A stretch of 64,000 bases of DNA, taken from assembly GCA_965228895.1 (NCBI GenBank), contig OZ245842.1, positions 1 through 64,000 on the forward strand. The letters run 5' to 3'. Positions 27,629 to 37,003 of the stretch are shown one piece after another. The first letter of the stretch is position 1; each line of letters begins with the position of its first letter. The notes under the pieces are model-generated. The model had not been told where the DNA came from and made no database searches. It was given only the letters and a program-made list of their open reading frames with translations. Source of the DNA: Alphaproteobacteria bacterium (GTDB lineage Bacteria > Pseudomonadota > Alphaproteobacteria > SP197). A program made the position numbers and the translations under genes.

Positions 27629-29221
27629 ATGACTAGAAGTCATCTATCACGCCGTCATTTGATGCAGGCAACAGCCGGTTCGGTCGCGGCGGCCAGCTTT
27701 GTCGATGGTTTGCTCGATCCGACCAGCGCCTGGGCTCAGTCGGACAAGCCGCTTCGGATCCGCACCAACCGCGCGATCGTCTCGACCGATCCCGGCTACA
27801 TGGTCGGCGGTTTCGAGATGGTGCTGCAATTCGCCTGCCTGGCGCGCCTGGCGAGTTATACGGGCGGTGACGAATGGGGCTGGAAACCCAGCGAGTTCGT
27901 CAACTCGCTGGAGCAGGTTGACGCCCAGACCATCAGCTTCGAGCTGAAGCCCGGCATCATGTGGTACGACGGCACGACCGGCGACGAGATCGGCGAGCTG
28001 GATGCCGAGGACGTCAAGTATTCGCTTGAGCGCATGAAGGAGTCGGAGTGGAAGGACAAGGCCGTTGCGCTCGACAATGTCGAGGTGACGGGCACGCATT
28101 CGGGCATCATCCATCTCAGCCAGCCGTTCGCGCCGATCTGGTACACCTGGATTTGCGACGGCACCGGCACGATCGTCTCGAAAAAGGCGGTCGAGGCGGC
28201 CGGCGGCACCTATGACGGTATCTTCAACTTCTATTGCGGCTACTATCGCGTCTCCGAATGGGTGCAGAAACAGAGCTATACGCTGGAGCCGAATCCGCAC
28301 TGGACGGGCACACCGCCAGGCATCGCCGATGTCAAGTTCATCATCATCGATGATGAGAAAACGGCGGAGATCGCCTTCGAGGCGGGCGAGATCGACATCA
28401 CCCAGATCGCGATCGACGCCATTCCACGGCTTCAGGAAGATCCGCCGGAAGACGCCGTCGTCGAGGTCTTCTCAAGCACCCAGTGGTACTGGATGGGCAT
28501 GAACACAGACCATCCGAACCTGCAGGATATCCGTGTCCGCCAAGCTATTCAGCACGCGGTCGACGTCGACACCATCATCCAGGGCGCCTGGGCAGGCGTG
28601 CCGACAAGGGCCTATGGCATTGTGCCGCCGGGCCTGATCGGTTTTCGCGAGACCGGCAAGTATGCAACACCGGATCCCGACAAGGCGCGCGAGTTGATTG
28701 CCGAGGCCGGCGCCGAGGGCACCAAGATCACGTTGAAGACGATCAACCTGGCCGATCGCATGGCGGCCGCCCAGATCATCCAGGCCAATCTTGCCGATGT
28801 TGGATTGGAAGTCGAAATCGTGCCGATGGATGCCGGCCCGTTCTGGAATCTCGGTCTGGAGACCGAAGGCGAGGACTGGAAAGATCTGGAGATGTGGATC
28901 ATGCAGTACGGCGATTCGCCCGATCCCAGCCAGATGGCCCAGTGGTACATCTCCGACCAAGTCGGCGTGTGGAACTGGGAACGCTGGTCGGATCCTGAGT
29001 TCGACGAGCTGTTCGCGGCGGGCCTTGGCGAGACCGACGAGGGCAAACGCCACGACATGTATGTCAGGATGCAGGAGATCATGGAGGACACCGGCGCCTA
29101 TGTCTGGCTGATGTTCCCGCCGCTCGGCGTCATGTACCGCGACGATCTGGAACCGGTCATGCAACCCAACGGCTCTCTGTGGTATGTCGCGGAATTCAAG
29201 TGGAAGGACGAGTCGGCTTAG
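27629..29221 (+). CDS. ABC transporter substrate-binding protein, family 5, Tat-exported (tandem copy 1)
   Basis: LSRRHLM Tat motif, EDVKYSLER, VRQAI; GGAGG RBS. Confidence 0.92.
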   Translation: MTRSHLSRRHLMQATAGSVAAASFVDGLLDPTSAWAQSDKPLRIRTNRAIVSTDPGYMVGGFEMVLQFACLARLASYTGGDEWGWKPSEFVNSLEQVDAQTISFELKPGIMWYDGTTGDEIGELDAEDVKYSLERMKESEWKDKAVALDNVEVTGTHSGIIHLSQPFAPIWYTWICDGTGTIVSKKAVEAAGGTYDGIFNFYCGYYRVSEWVQKQSYTLEPNPHWTGTPPGIADVKFIIIDDEKTAEIAFEAGEIDITQIAIDAIPRLQEDPPEDAVVEVFSSTQWYWMGMNTDHPNLQDIRVRQAIQHAVDVDTIIQGAWAGVPTRAYGIVPPGLIGFRETGKYATPDPDKARELIAEAGAEGTKITLKTINLADRMAAAQIIQANLADVGLEVEIVPMDAGPFWNLGLETEGEDWKDLEMWIMQYGDSPDPSQMAQWYISDQVGVWNWERWSDPEFDELFAAGLGETDEGKRHDMYVRMQEIMEDTGAYVWLMFPPLGVMYRDDLEPVMQPNGSLWYVAEFKWKDESA

Positions 29222-29250
29222 GCCGTCTCGACAAGCTAACGTTTTCTGGA

Positions 29251-29285
29251 GCCCCCGGCGTTTCGGCGCCGGGGGTTTCTCGTTT
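29251..29285 (+). terminator. Rho-independent terminator
   Basis: GCCCCCGGCG-TTTCGG-CGCCGGGGGT followed by TTCTCGTTT. Confidence 0.75.
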
Positions 29286-29314
29286 GTGACGTGATTTGTG
29301 AAGCAGTTTCGCAA

Positions 29315-29355
29315 CTTGACGCGCTGCCCCAAAGACTGGGAGGATTTCGGACAAC
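29315..29355 (+). promoter_or_regulatory. Candidate promoter of SBP copy 2
   Basis: CTTGACG-N18-GAGGATTTCGGACAAC. Confidence 0.5.
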
Positions 29356-29401
29356 AGTCCAGTTTTCTTGTTGCTTAAAACACAATGTCTGGGAGGCATT
29401 C

Positions 29402-30997
29402 ATGAGCAAATTGAATCTGTCACGCCGTCGTCTGATGCAGACGACGGCCGGGTCTGTCGCGGCCGCCGGTTTTGTCGACGGCCTGCTCGACCCCAAAAGC
29501 GCCTGGGCGCAGTCGTCGAAGCAGCTGAGGGTCCGTAGCAACCGCGCCATTCTGTCGACCGATCCCGGCTACATGATCGGCGGCTTCGAAATGGTCCTGC
29601 AGTACGCCTGCCTGGCGCGCCTGGCCAAGTACACCAACAGCCCGGACGAATGGGGCTGGGAACCCAGCGAGTTCGTCACGTCGCTGGAGCAGGTCGATGC
29701 CCAGACGATCACCTTCGAACTGAAGCCGGGTATCATGTGGTACAACGGCACGACCCACGAAGAGATCGGCGAGCTGAACGCCGAAGACGTCAAGTATTCG
29801 CTGGAGCGCATGCAGGAGTCCGAGTGGAAGGACAAGGCTGTTGCGCTCGACCATGTCGAGGTAACGGGCACCCATGCCGGTACCATCCATCTCAATCAGC
29901 CGTTCGCGCCGATCTGGCTGACCTGGATCTGCGACGGCACAGGCACCATCGTCTCCAAGGTCGCGGTCGAAGCGGCCGGCGGCAAGTATGACGGAATCTT
30001 CGATTTCTACTGCGGCTACTACCGCGTCAAAGAGTGGGTGCAAAAGCAGAACTACACGCTGGAGCCGAACCCGAACTGGCCGGGCACGCCGCCGGGTATT
30101 GCCGACGTCAAGTTCATCATCATCGATGACGAGAAGACGGCGGAGATCGCGTTCGAGGCCGACGAGATCGACATTACCAACATTGCCGTCGATGCCATTC
30201 CGCGACTTCTGGAAGCACCGCCGGAAGGTGGCGTGGTCAAGGCGTTCTCCGGCACCCAGTGGTACTGGATGGGCATGAACACCGACCATCCGAACCTGCA
30301 GGATATCCGTGTCCGCCAGGCCATCCAGCACGCCATCGATGTTGAGACCATCATCCAGGGTGCCTGGGCCGGTGTCGGCACGCGCGCCCATGGTATCGTG
30401 CCGCCGGGCCTGATCGGTCACCGCACCGAAGGCAAGTTCTCGACACCCGATCCCGACAAGGCGCGTGAGCTGATTGCCGAGGCCGGCGCCGAAGGCACCA
30501 AGATCACGCTGAAGACGATCAACCTGGCCGACCGCATGGCGGCCGCCCAGATCATCCAGGCAAATCTGGCCGATGTCGGTTTGGAGGTTGAGGTCGTGCC
30601 GCTGGATGCCGGTCCGTTCTGGAACCTGGGCCTGGAATCGGAAGGCGACGATTGGCAGGATCTCGAGTTGTGGATCATGTCCTATTTGGATTCGCCCGAT
30701 CCCAGTCAGATGACCCAGTGGTACATCTCCGACCAGGTCGGCGTGTGGAACTGGGAACGCTGGTCCGATCCCGAGTTCGACGAACTGTTCGCGGCGGGCC
30801 TTGGCGAGACCGACGAAGGCAAACGCCACGACATCTATGTCAGGATGCAGGAAATCATGGAGGACACCGGCGCCTACGTCTTCCTGATGTTCCCGCCGAA
30901 CGGCGTCATGTACCGCGACACACTGGATCCGGTGATCACGCCGAACGGCTATATCTGGCAGATCCAGGAGTTCAAATGGAACGATGAGTCCGCCTAG
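29402..30997 (+). CDS. ABC transporter substrate-binding protein, family 5, Tat-exported (tandem copy 2)
   Basis: LSRRRLM; colinear and highly similar to 27629-29221; GGAGG RBS. Confidence 0.92.
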   Translation: MSKLNLSRRRLMQTTAGSVAAAGFVDGLLDPKSAWAQSSKQLRVRSNRAILSTDPGYMIGGFEMVLQYACLARLAKYTNSPDEWGWEPSEFVTSLEQVDAQTITFELKPGIMWYNGTTHEEIGELNAEDVKYSLERMQESEWKDKAVALDHVEVTGTHAGTIHLNQPFAPIWLTWICDGTGTIVSKVAVEAAGGKYDGIFDFYCGYYRVKEWVQKQNYTLEPNPNWPGTPPGIADVKFIIIDDEKTAEIAFEADEIDITNIAVDAIPRLLEAPPEGGVVKAFSGTQWYWMGMNTDHPNLQDIRVRQAIQHAIDVETIIQGAWAGVGTRAHGIVPPGLIGHRTEGKFSTPDPDKARELIAEAGAEGTKITLKTINLADRMAAAQIIQANLADVGLEVEVVPLDAGPFWNLGLESEGDDWQDLELWIMSYLDSPDPSQMTQWYISDQVGVWNWERWSDPEFDELFAAGLGETDEGKRHDIYVRMQEIMEDTGAYVFLMFPPNGVMYRDTLDPVITPNGYIWQIQEFKWNDESA

Positions 30998-31017
30998 CTA
31001 AGCGGATGTCCGAACAA

Positions 31018-31051
31018 GCCCCCGGCGTTTCGGCGCCGGGGGTTCTCTTTT
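31018..31051 (+). terminator. Rho-independent terminator (same hairpin as 29251)
   Basis: GCCCCCGGCGTTTCGGCGCCGGGGGTT followed by CTCTTTT. Confidence 0.78.
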
Positions 31052-31084
31052 GGTCCGGCACCTGCTCGGGTTCCGCGACCTCAC

Positions 31085-31240
31085 CCACCCTCACCCTCCC
31101 AACGCTTCGCGTCGGGCCCCTCCCTCTCCCGAAAATTGGGAGAGGGGAAGCAGGACCGCCCCTCGCCCCCATCAGAATGGGGGAGAGGGTTGTGGAGGCT
31201 TGGACGCGCGAGCGTTCTAGCCGGAGCTGGGTGAGGGGGC
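31085..31240. repeat. REP-like composite palindromic repeat (CCCTCACCC / CCCTCTCCC-GGGAGAGGG type)
   Basis: CCCTCACCC..., CCCTCTCCC-gaaaatt-GGGAGAGGG, CCCTCGCCCCC-atcagaat-GGGGGAGAGGG, ending GGGTGAGGG; between convergent genes. Confidence 0.65.
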
Positions 31241-31292
31241 CTGCGGCATGCGCTCCAAGCTCACTGCCGTACATCGAAAATCCTGAAAGACA

Positions 31293-32144
31293 TCAGGTCT
31301 CGTCGACACCGGCGCCGTCATAGAGCGCTTCGTTTTGGGCGCCACGCACGCGGCGGTGCCACGCCATGCCGTCTTCGGAAAAGTTACGCGTGGGCGAGGG
31401 TATGTGGTGGAAGTGGCCGTAACGGTCTTCGCCGCGAACCAGCGTCGCGAAGTCCTCCTTGGCGACGATCTGGCGCACGTGGGGCGCAATGTAGTTGACG
31501 ACCAAACCGACGCGCCGCTCGTCCGTCCGGTTGGGGCCGGATGCGTGCAGCAGCTTGCCGTGATGCATTGAGGCCTGTCCGGGCTCCATCTCGACCAGCA
31601 CCGTATCGTTCTCGTCGATATCCACCTCGGCCTCCTGGCCGCGGGTCAGGAAGTTGTCGGCGTCGAAGGTGTCGCGGTGCGCCAACATCGCGCCCTCGTG
31701 CGATCCCGGCACGAAGCGCATGCAGCCATGGGCCTCGGTCACCGGTCCCAACGCGACCCAGACGGAAACCTGATCCTCGCTGTCGAGACCCCAATAGCGG
31801 AGGTCCTGGTGCCAGCTGACATAGGACGGGCTATGGGCGTCCTTGATAAAGAAGGTCGAGCCCCAGGCCAGGATGTCGGGACCCAGGATCGTCTCGACCG
31901 CATCCAGGATGCGCGGGTGGCGGACGATCTCGTCGGCGAACGGAAAGATGATATGGCCGAAGTTGAGCTGACCCTTGTTGCCGAGCTTCTCTTGCTCGAT
32001 GCGTTCCTGCAGCCCGTCGAGCTCGGCACGGTAGCCAAGCGCCTTGTCCGGACTCATGACACTGAGCGGAAAGTAGTAACCGTCCTGCTTAAAGCATGCG
32101 GCAATGTCGGCGAAGTCCGCATCGGGTGCAGTGGCCAAGGTCAT
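31293..32144 (-). CDS. Phytanoyl-CoA dioxygenase (PhyH) family Fe(II)/2OG oxygenase
   Basis: FFIK, WHQD, VPGSH, LLHASGPN..RR. Confidence 0.9.
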   Translation of the reverse strand: MTLATAPDADFADIAACFKQDGYYFPLSVMSPDKALGYRAELDGLQERIEQEKLGNKGQLNFGHIIFPFADEIVRHPRILDAVETILGPDILAWGSTFFIKDAHSPSYVSWHQDLRYWGLDSEDQVSVWVALGPVTEAHGCMRFVPGSHEGAMLAHRDTFDADNFLTRGQEAEVDIDENDTVLVEMEPGQASMHHGKLLHASGPNRTDERRVGLVVNYIAPHVRQIVAKEDFATLVRGEDRYGHFHHIPSPTRNFSEDGMAWHRRVRGAQNEALYDGAGVDET

Positions 32145-32220
32145 GTCTGGGTCTCCCGCGTCAGGCGGCCATTGAACGGCAGCGATCGTGCCGGGACAAA
32201 CGCTCTTTGTTGCCCTTTGT

Positions 32221-32237
32221 GTTAAGCTGAACTTAAC
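32221..32237. promoter_or_regulatory. LysR-type operator (T-N11-A dyad)
   Basis: GTTAAG-N5-CTTAAC between the divergent PhyH and LysR genes. Confidence 0.6.
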
Positions 32238-32270
32238 CTAAAGACGCCGATCCCTCATTTTTTGCCGTGA

Positions 32271-33173
32271 TTGGAGCCTGCCGTGCCCCACCGCCGCATC
32301 CCCTCGCTGAACTGGCTCCGCGTTTTCGAGGCGGCGGCCAGGACGGAGAATTTCACCCGCGCCGGCGAGGCGCTGAACATGAGCGCGGCGGCGGTCAGCC
32401 AGCAGATCAAGGCACTGGAGGCCCATCTCGGTACCCAATTGTTCGATCGCGGTCCGCGCAGCGTGTCGCTGACTGGCGCCGGTCAGGCCTTCCTGCCGGT
32501 GGTGCGTCAGGCGCTCCTGTCGGTCGAGACGACGGCCGCGTCGCTGTTCAGCCGCGACCGCTATGCGACGGTGACCGTCGAAGCCACGCTGGTCTTTGCG
32601 GCCTCGTGGCTGGCTGAGCACCTGCCTCGGTTCCAGGCCGCTCATCCGGCGATCCACGTGCATGTGATGGGCGCTTATCACGATGCCGGCGTCGAACACG
32701 ACGGTGTCGATCTTGCTATTGCCTATGGCGGAACATCTCAGGACGAGGCCGATAGCGACCTGCTGTTCGGCGAGCGCATCTATCCCGTCGCGCCGGCACC
32801 GGTCGCCTCGGCCATCACCGCGCCGGGCGACTTGATCGAACATCGTCTGCTAGAAATCTCGACGCACCGAACCAGCTGGTTGCGGCTTCTGGAATCAACA
32901 CCCGATATCGATCTGTCGAAGGCTGAGTTCTGCTTCACCGATACCACCGTCGTCGCACTCTCGATGGCTGCGGCCGGCCACGGCATCGGCCTGGCGCGGT
33001 CCCCGGCGACCGACTTTCTGGAGCGTCTTTGTGGCCTCGAGCGCTGCCTGCCGGGGCTCGAGGTTGAAAGCGGGCAGGCCCATTTCCTGGTATCGCGGAC
33101 CGCTGCCTCGCTGTCGCCAGCGGCGAAACAGTTCAGGTCGTGGCTGCTTGACGAGACCGCGCGCTGGCGTTGA
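32271..33173 (+). CDS. LysR family regulator (GcvA-like)
   Basis: PSLNWLRVFEAAAR..NFTRA..L..S..AVSQQIK.LE; true start may be GTG at 32283. Confidence 0.92.
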   Translation: MEPAVPHRRIPSLNWLRVFEAAARTENFTRAGEALNMSAAAVSQQIKALEAHLGTQLFDRGPRSVSLTGAGQAFLPVVRQALLSVETTAASLFSRDRYATVTVEATLVFAASWLAEHLPRFQAAHPAIHVHVMGAYHDAGVEHDGVDLAIAYGGTSQDEADSDLLFGERIYPVAPAPVASAITAPGDLIEHRLLEISTHRTSWLRLLESTPDIDLSKAEFCFTDTTVVALSMAAAGHGIGLARSPATDFLERLCGLERCLPGLEVESGQAHFLVSRTAASLSPAAKQFRSWLLDETARWR

Positions 33174-33176
33174 CGC

Positions 33177-34715
33177 CTACCACTTGGCGATCAGTTCGGT
33201 TCCGCTTTGCGGCGCGGCGGCGAAGCCCTCGTTGAGGTCATCGGCCAGTTGGTTGCGGATCGCGCGATACTTGGTGTCGTGGAAGAGGTTCCGGTGTTCG
33301 CCGGGATCGGCGCTGAGGTCGAAGAGTTCGCCCCAGTCTTCGTCGCTTGCGGGATAGAGCGTGAGGCGCCAATCGTCGGTGACGATGGAGTGATTGTAGA
33401 CGCGCTTGTCGATGCGCGGGTGGAACTCCAGATAGCGGGCGCCGCGCTCCAGTCTTTGCCCTTCGAGTACCGGACGTAGCGAGAGGCCGTCCTGAAAAAC
33501 GCCGGTGTCGTTGAGACCGGCGAGGTCGAGCGTTGTCGCCATGATATCGAGATGACTGCTCGGTGCCCGCGTCGTCTCGCCCTCGGGAATGCCCGGACCG
33601 GCCATGATGAAGCTGACCCGGTTGAGGTCGCCATAAGGTGGCGGTCCTTTATGCAGCAGGCCGTGATGGCCGAGAAACTCGCCGTGGTCCGAGGTGAAGA
33701 CGACAATGGTGTCGTCGGTCAGACCGAGGTCGTCGAGCTTGGCGAGCACGCGGCCAAAACACGCATCGATCTGCGCTTCCATACCGCGCGTCAGCGCGAT
33801 GGCGCGGGCCAGGCTTTCCGGCGAGATGTCGTCGGTGGTCGTCATGCCGCCTTGCTCGACCGCCGGCGCGTCGTTGTCGATCCAATTGGCGGCAAGGCGC
33901 TGGCTGACATAGCTTGGCATCATGTCGAGTTCGCCGGGCGTCACCGCCGGCGCAGGCATGGCGTCGGGATCGACAAGGCCGGCCCATGGTCGTGGCGGGC
34001 TAAACGGATGGTGTGGGTCGGGTGAAGAGACAAACAGCATAAAGGGCCCGCTTGTCCGCTCCAGGAAGTCGATCGCGCGGTCGGCAATCCAGGTGTTGTA
34101 GTGCAGGTCGTCCGGTACCGCCGCCGTCCAGGCCTCGTCGAGATCGGCCAGCGGACCGTCGAGTGCCGTCTCGGGCTGATAGAGCGGGATGACATCGGGG
34201 TGGTGCTCGTGCAGCCAGGCTGCGTGGTGTCCGCCTTCGGTCGCCAGCAGGGATTCGCCGATCATGAAGTCGACGGTCTGGTAACCGAAGTAGGGTCCGT
34301 TCCAATCGGCGCCATGACCGGCCTGCCAGAACGGCACGGACTCCGGAAAGCCATACGAAACATCGGCCATGATCGGCTGCAGGTGCAGCTTGCCGACCGC
34401 ATGAGTGTCATAACCGGCTTCGGCCAATTGGCCGGGCAGCGTGGGCACGCCGTCATGGATCGTGCGCCCGTTGGTCGTCATGCCGTGATGACGCGGATAG
34501 AGCCCGGTGATCATGGTGCCACGGCTGGGACAGCAGATCTGGTTGGGCGTCAGGTGATTATCGAAACGCAGACCGCGCGCCGCCAACCCGTCGATGTGGG
34601 GGGTATGGGCATGGGCGTTGCCATAGCAGCCCAGACTATCGGCACGCTGCTGGTCGGTGCAGAAGATCACAAAATTGGGTCTCACGAACAAAAGGCTATC
34701 GCTGTCGTGGCGCAC
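33177..34715 (-). CDS. Cys-type (formylglycine) sulfatase, no signal peptide
   Basis: PNFV..TDQ, CCPSR (CxPxR), GKLH, PHHPF, SDHGE..G.HG..KG, ELFDL..DP.E; start may be GTG at 34685. Confidence 0.9.
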   Translation of the reverse strand: MRHDSDSLLFVRPNFVIFCTDQQRADSLGCYGNAHAHTPHIDGLAARGLRFDNHLTPNQICCPSRGTMITGLYPRHHGMTTNGRTIHDGVPTLPGQLAEAGYDTHAVGKLHLQPIMADVSYGFPESVPFWQAGHGADWNGPYFGYQTVDFMIGESLLATEGGHHAAWLHEHHPDVIPLYQPETALDGPLADLDEAWTAAVPDDLHYNTWIADRAIDFLERTSGPFMLFVSSPDPHHPFSPPRPWAGLVDPDAMPAPAVTPGELDMMPSYVSQRLAANWIDNDAPAVEQGGMTTTDDISPESLARAIALTRGMEAQIDACFGRVLAKLDDLGLTDDTIVVFTSDHGEFLGHHGLLHKGPPPYGDLNRVSFIMAGPGIPEGETTRAPSSHLDIMATTLDLAGLNDTGVFQDGLSLRPVLEGQRLERGARYLEFHPRIDKRVYNHSIVTDDWRLTLYPASDEDWGELFDLSADPGEHRNLFHDTKYRAIRNQLADDLNEGFAAAPQSGTELIAKW

Positions 34716-34825
34716 GGCTCAAGCGATAACGAGTCTGTCGGTGTCGTTCACCCCCAGCGCATGGCCGCCGATTGCACATGATCCAGATCAATTCGCTGCT
34801 ACGCCGACGGTCCTAGCCTGATGTC

Positions 34826-36079
34826 ATGGGCAAGGGTGCGGGGATCATAGCTGCAATTGCGTTGGCTCTGCTGAGCATGCCGGCCGCCTCGTATGCGGAT
34901 GACGGTGAGGACTGGCGCAACCTCTACCGTGACGCGGTGCCGGTGCTGGATGTCCGCTACCGCTTCGAGTTTGTCGACCAGGCCGGATTTCCCAACAACG
35001 CCGAAGCCAACACGATCCGGACGCGGGCGGGTTTTGAGACCGGCTATGTCTATGGACTCGGCTTGGTCGCCGACGGTGAGTGGAACCAGGTTATCGGCGG
35101 TGAGCGGTTCAACGACACGATCAACGGCAAGACCCAGTTTCCGGTTGTCGCCGACCCTGAAGACCTGCAGATCAATCAGCTCTACCTCATCGCCGACAAC
35201 ACGATCGCGGACACGGTCCTGAAGCTCGGGCGCCAGCGGATCATCTGGGACAACGCACGGTTCGTCGGCAATGTCGGCTTCCGGCAGAACGAGCAGACGT
35301 TCGATGCCTTCCGCGGCAGCGTGTTTGTGCTCGACGACCTGGTGGTTGAGTACGTTTATTTCGACGAGGTCCACCGCATCTTCGGGCGGGACTCACCGGT
35401 TGGCAGTCTGGAACTCAGCAGTCATGGGTTCCGGGGTCAGTATACCGGGCTTGAGGCAGTAGCGATCACGCCCTTTGTCCTGTTGCTCGATTACGATGCG
35501 TCCGCCCAGGCCGGTCTCGACAGCCAGACCTATGGCGTGCTGGCGCAAGGCAGCCATGACCTGGACCAGGATTGGGGCCTCACTTACTTGGCCTCGCTCG
35601 CCTATCAGGCCGACTATGCCGACAACCCTGCCGGTTTCGGCCTGTGGTACTACCACGTGGCGCCGGGCCTCACCTATGACGGCGCCCGGTTCACAATCGG
35701 TTACGAGGTGTTGTCGGGCAACGGCACCAGCGCCTTTCAGACGCCCCTGGCGACACTGCACAAGTTCAACGGTTTGACCGACCGCTTCTTGACGACGCCG
35801 GCGAACGGTCTGCGCGACCTCTACGTGGCTGCCTCAAGTCCCTTGCCGGGCGACGGCCTGTTTTCCGGACTCAGTGTCGCCGGCGCCTACCACCAGTTTT
35901 GGGCTGAAGACAAGGGCACGCATTATGGCTCGGAATGGGACGCCGGGATCTTCAAGACGTTCGACCTGGATGGCAACGCGATCAAGCTGGGCGCCCAGTA
36001 TGCCGCCTATAGTGCCGACAATTTTTCCGTCGACACCGACAAGCTATGGCTGACGGTCCAGTTTCAACTCGGCCCCTAG
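34826..36079 (+). CDS. Outer-membrane beta-barrel protein, alginate export (AlgE)-like family
   Basis: Signal peptide, RYRFE.VDQ, GRQRI, FVGNVGFRQNEQTFD, FQTPLATLHKFNG, amphipathic C-terminal strand. Confidence 0.8.
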   Translation: MGKGAGIIAAIALALLSMPAASYADDGEDWRNLYRDAVPVLDVRYRFEFVDQAGFPNNAEANTIRTRAGFETGYVYGLGLVADGEWNQVIGGERFNDTINGKTQFPVVADPEDLQINQLYLIADNTIADTVLKLGRQRIIWDNARFVGNVGFRQNEQTFDAFRGSVFVLDDLVVEYVYFDEVHRIFGRDSPVGSLELSSHGFRGQYTGLEAVAITPFVLLLDYDASAQAGLDSQTYGVLAQGSHDLDQDWGLTYLASLAYQADYADNPAGFGLWYYHVAPGLTYDGARFTIGYEVLSGNGTSAFQTPLATLHKFNGLTDRFLTTPANGLRDLYVAASSPLPGDGLFSGLSVAGAYHQFWAEDKGTHYGSEWDAGIFKTFDLDGNAIKLGAQYAAYSADNFSVDTDKLWLTVQFQLGP

Positions 36080-36209
36080 AGCCAACCCCGTCTTGTTCGG
36101 GTTTCTCGGCGTATCCGCCTGCGATCCCATCGACATCCATAAGATGGAGTCGATTCTCCCATCGTGACGGCATCGCATAGCGATACAATCGAACTGGGAT
36201 CTGCTCTAG
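36076..36209. repeat. Degenerate composite TAGAGC element
   Basis: CTAGAGC...GCTCTAG ends; minus strand CTAGAGCAGATCCCAGTTCGATTGTATCGCTATGCGATG matches the module at 8759; left TAG is the porin stop. Confidence 0.7.
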
Positions 36210-36218
36210 CATCGCGCC

Positions 36219-36995
36219 ATGACGGAGCAACCCAAGGGCGTCTGGCTCGAAGATCTCACCTGGCCTGAGGTCAAGTCGCGGTTCGACGTGGGCCAGGTGG
36301 TCGTCGTGCCGGTCGGTGCGATTGCCAAGGAGCACGGTCCCCATCTGCCGATGAAAACCGATTGGCTGCTGGCCAGTGACCTTGCCCGCCGGGTAGCGGC
36401 GATACTGCCCGTCCTTATCGCGCCGGTGATCCCCTTCGGCTACTACCCGGCTTTCCGCCACTATCCCGGCAGCCAGCACTTAAGGCCCGAGACGTTCGCC
36501 GCGTTGGTGACCGATCTCCTGTCCGGCCTGATCGCGCAGGGTGCGCGCCACATCGCACTGATCAACACCGGCATCCCGACCCAGGCCATTTTGCACACGG
36601 TGGTGCGCGAACTCTACGAGACCGCCGGCGTTCGCGTTGCGGTTGCCGATATCGCCCGCATGGGTTCGGCCGCCGCGCACTTGATGGAACACGACGTCGA
36701 CGGTCATGCGGACGAGGAAGAAACGTCGATGATCCTGACCATCGCGCCGGCGCTCGTGCGGATGGATCAGGCGCGGCGTGACGACGGCAACATGCGCGAG
36801 GCGCCCGACACGGTTTTCTTTCGCCCGCAGATCTTCCGTGACGACCCCGACGGCGGTATCGACCACAGCGAAACCGGTGCGAGGGGTGATGCGACATTGG
36901 CGACCGTCGAAAAAGGCGAGGCGGCGCTTCAGGCCATGGCCGACGAACTTGTCGACGGGTTGCGTGCCCTTTACCCCGAACACCTGACGTCATAG
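36219..36995 (+). CDS. Creatininase / creatinine amidohydrolase family protein
   Basis: PVGA..KEHGPHLP..TD, YPGS, GHADEEETS, GD.TLAT.EKG. Confidence 0.88.
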   Translation: MTEQPKGVWLEDLTWPEVKSRFDVGQVVVVPVGAIAKEHGPHLPMKTDWLLASDLARRVAAILPVLIAPVIPFGYYPAFRHYPGSQHLRPETFAALVTDLLSGLIAQGARHIALINTGIPTQAILHTVVRELYETAGVRVAVADIARMGSAAAHLMEHDVDGHADEEETSMILTIAPALVRMDQARRDDGNMREAPDTVFFRPQIFRDDPDGGIDHSETGARGDATLATVEKGEAALQAMADELVDGLRALYPEHLTS

Positions 36996-37003
36996 GACAC
37001 AGC

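Noticed and set aside
7800-32144. Fe/2OG halogenases among the PhyH/TauD genes
   Set aside because: All three keep the HxD carboxylate (HQD, HAD, HQD); halogenases have Ala/Gly there.
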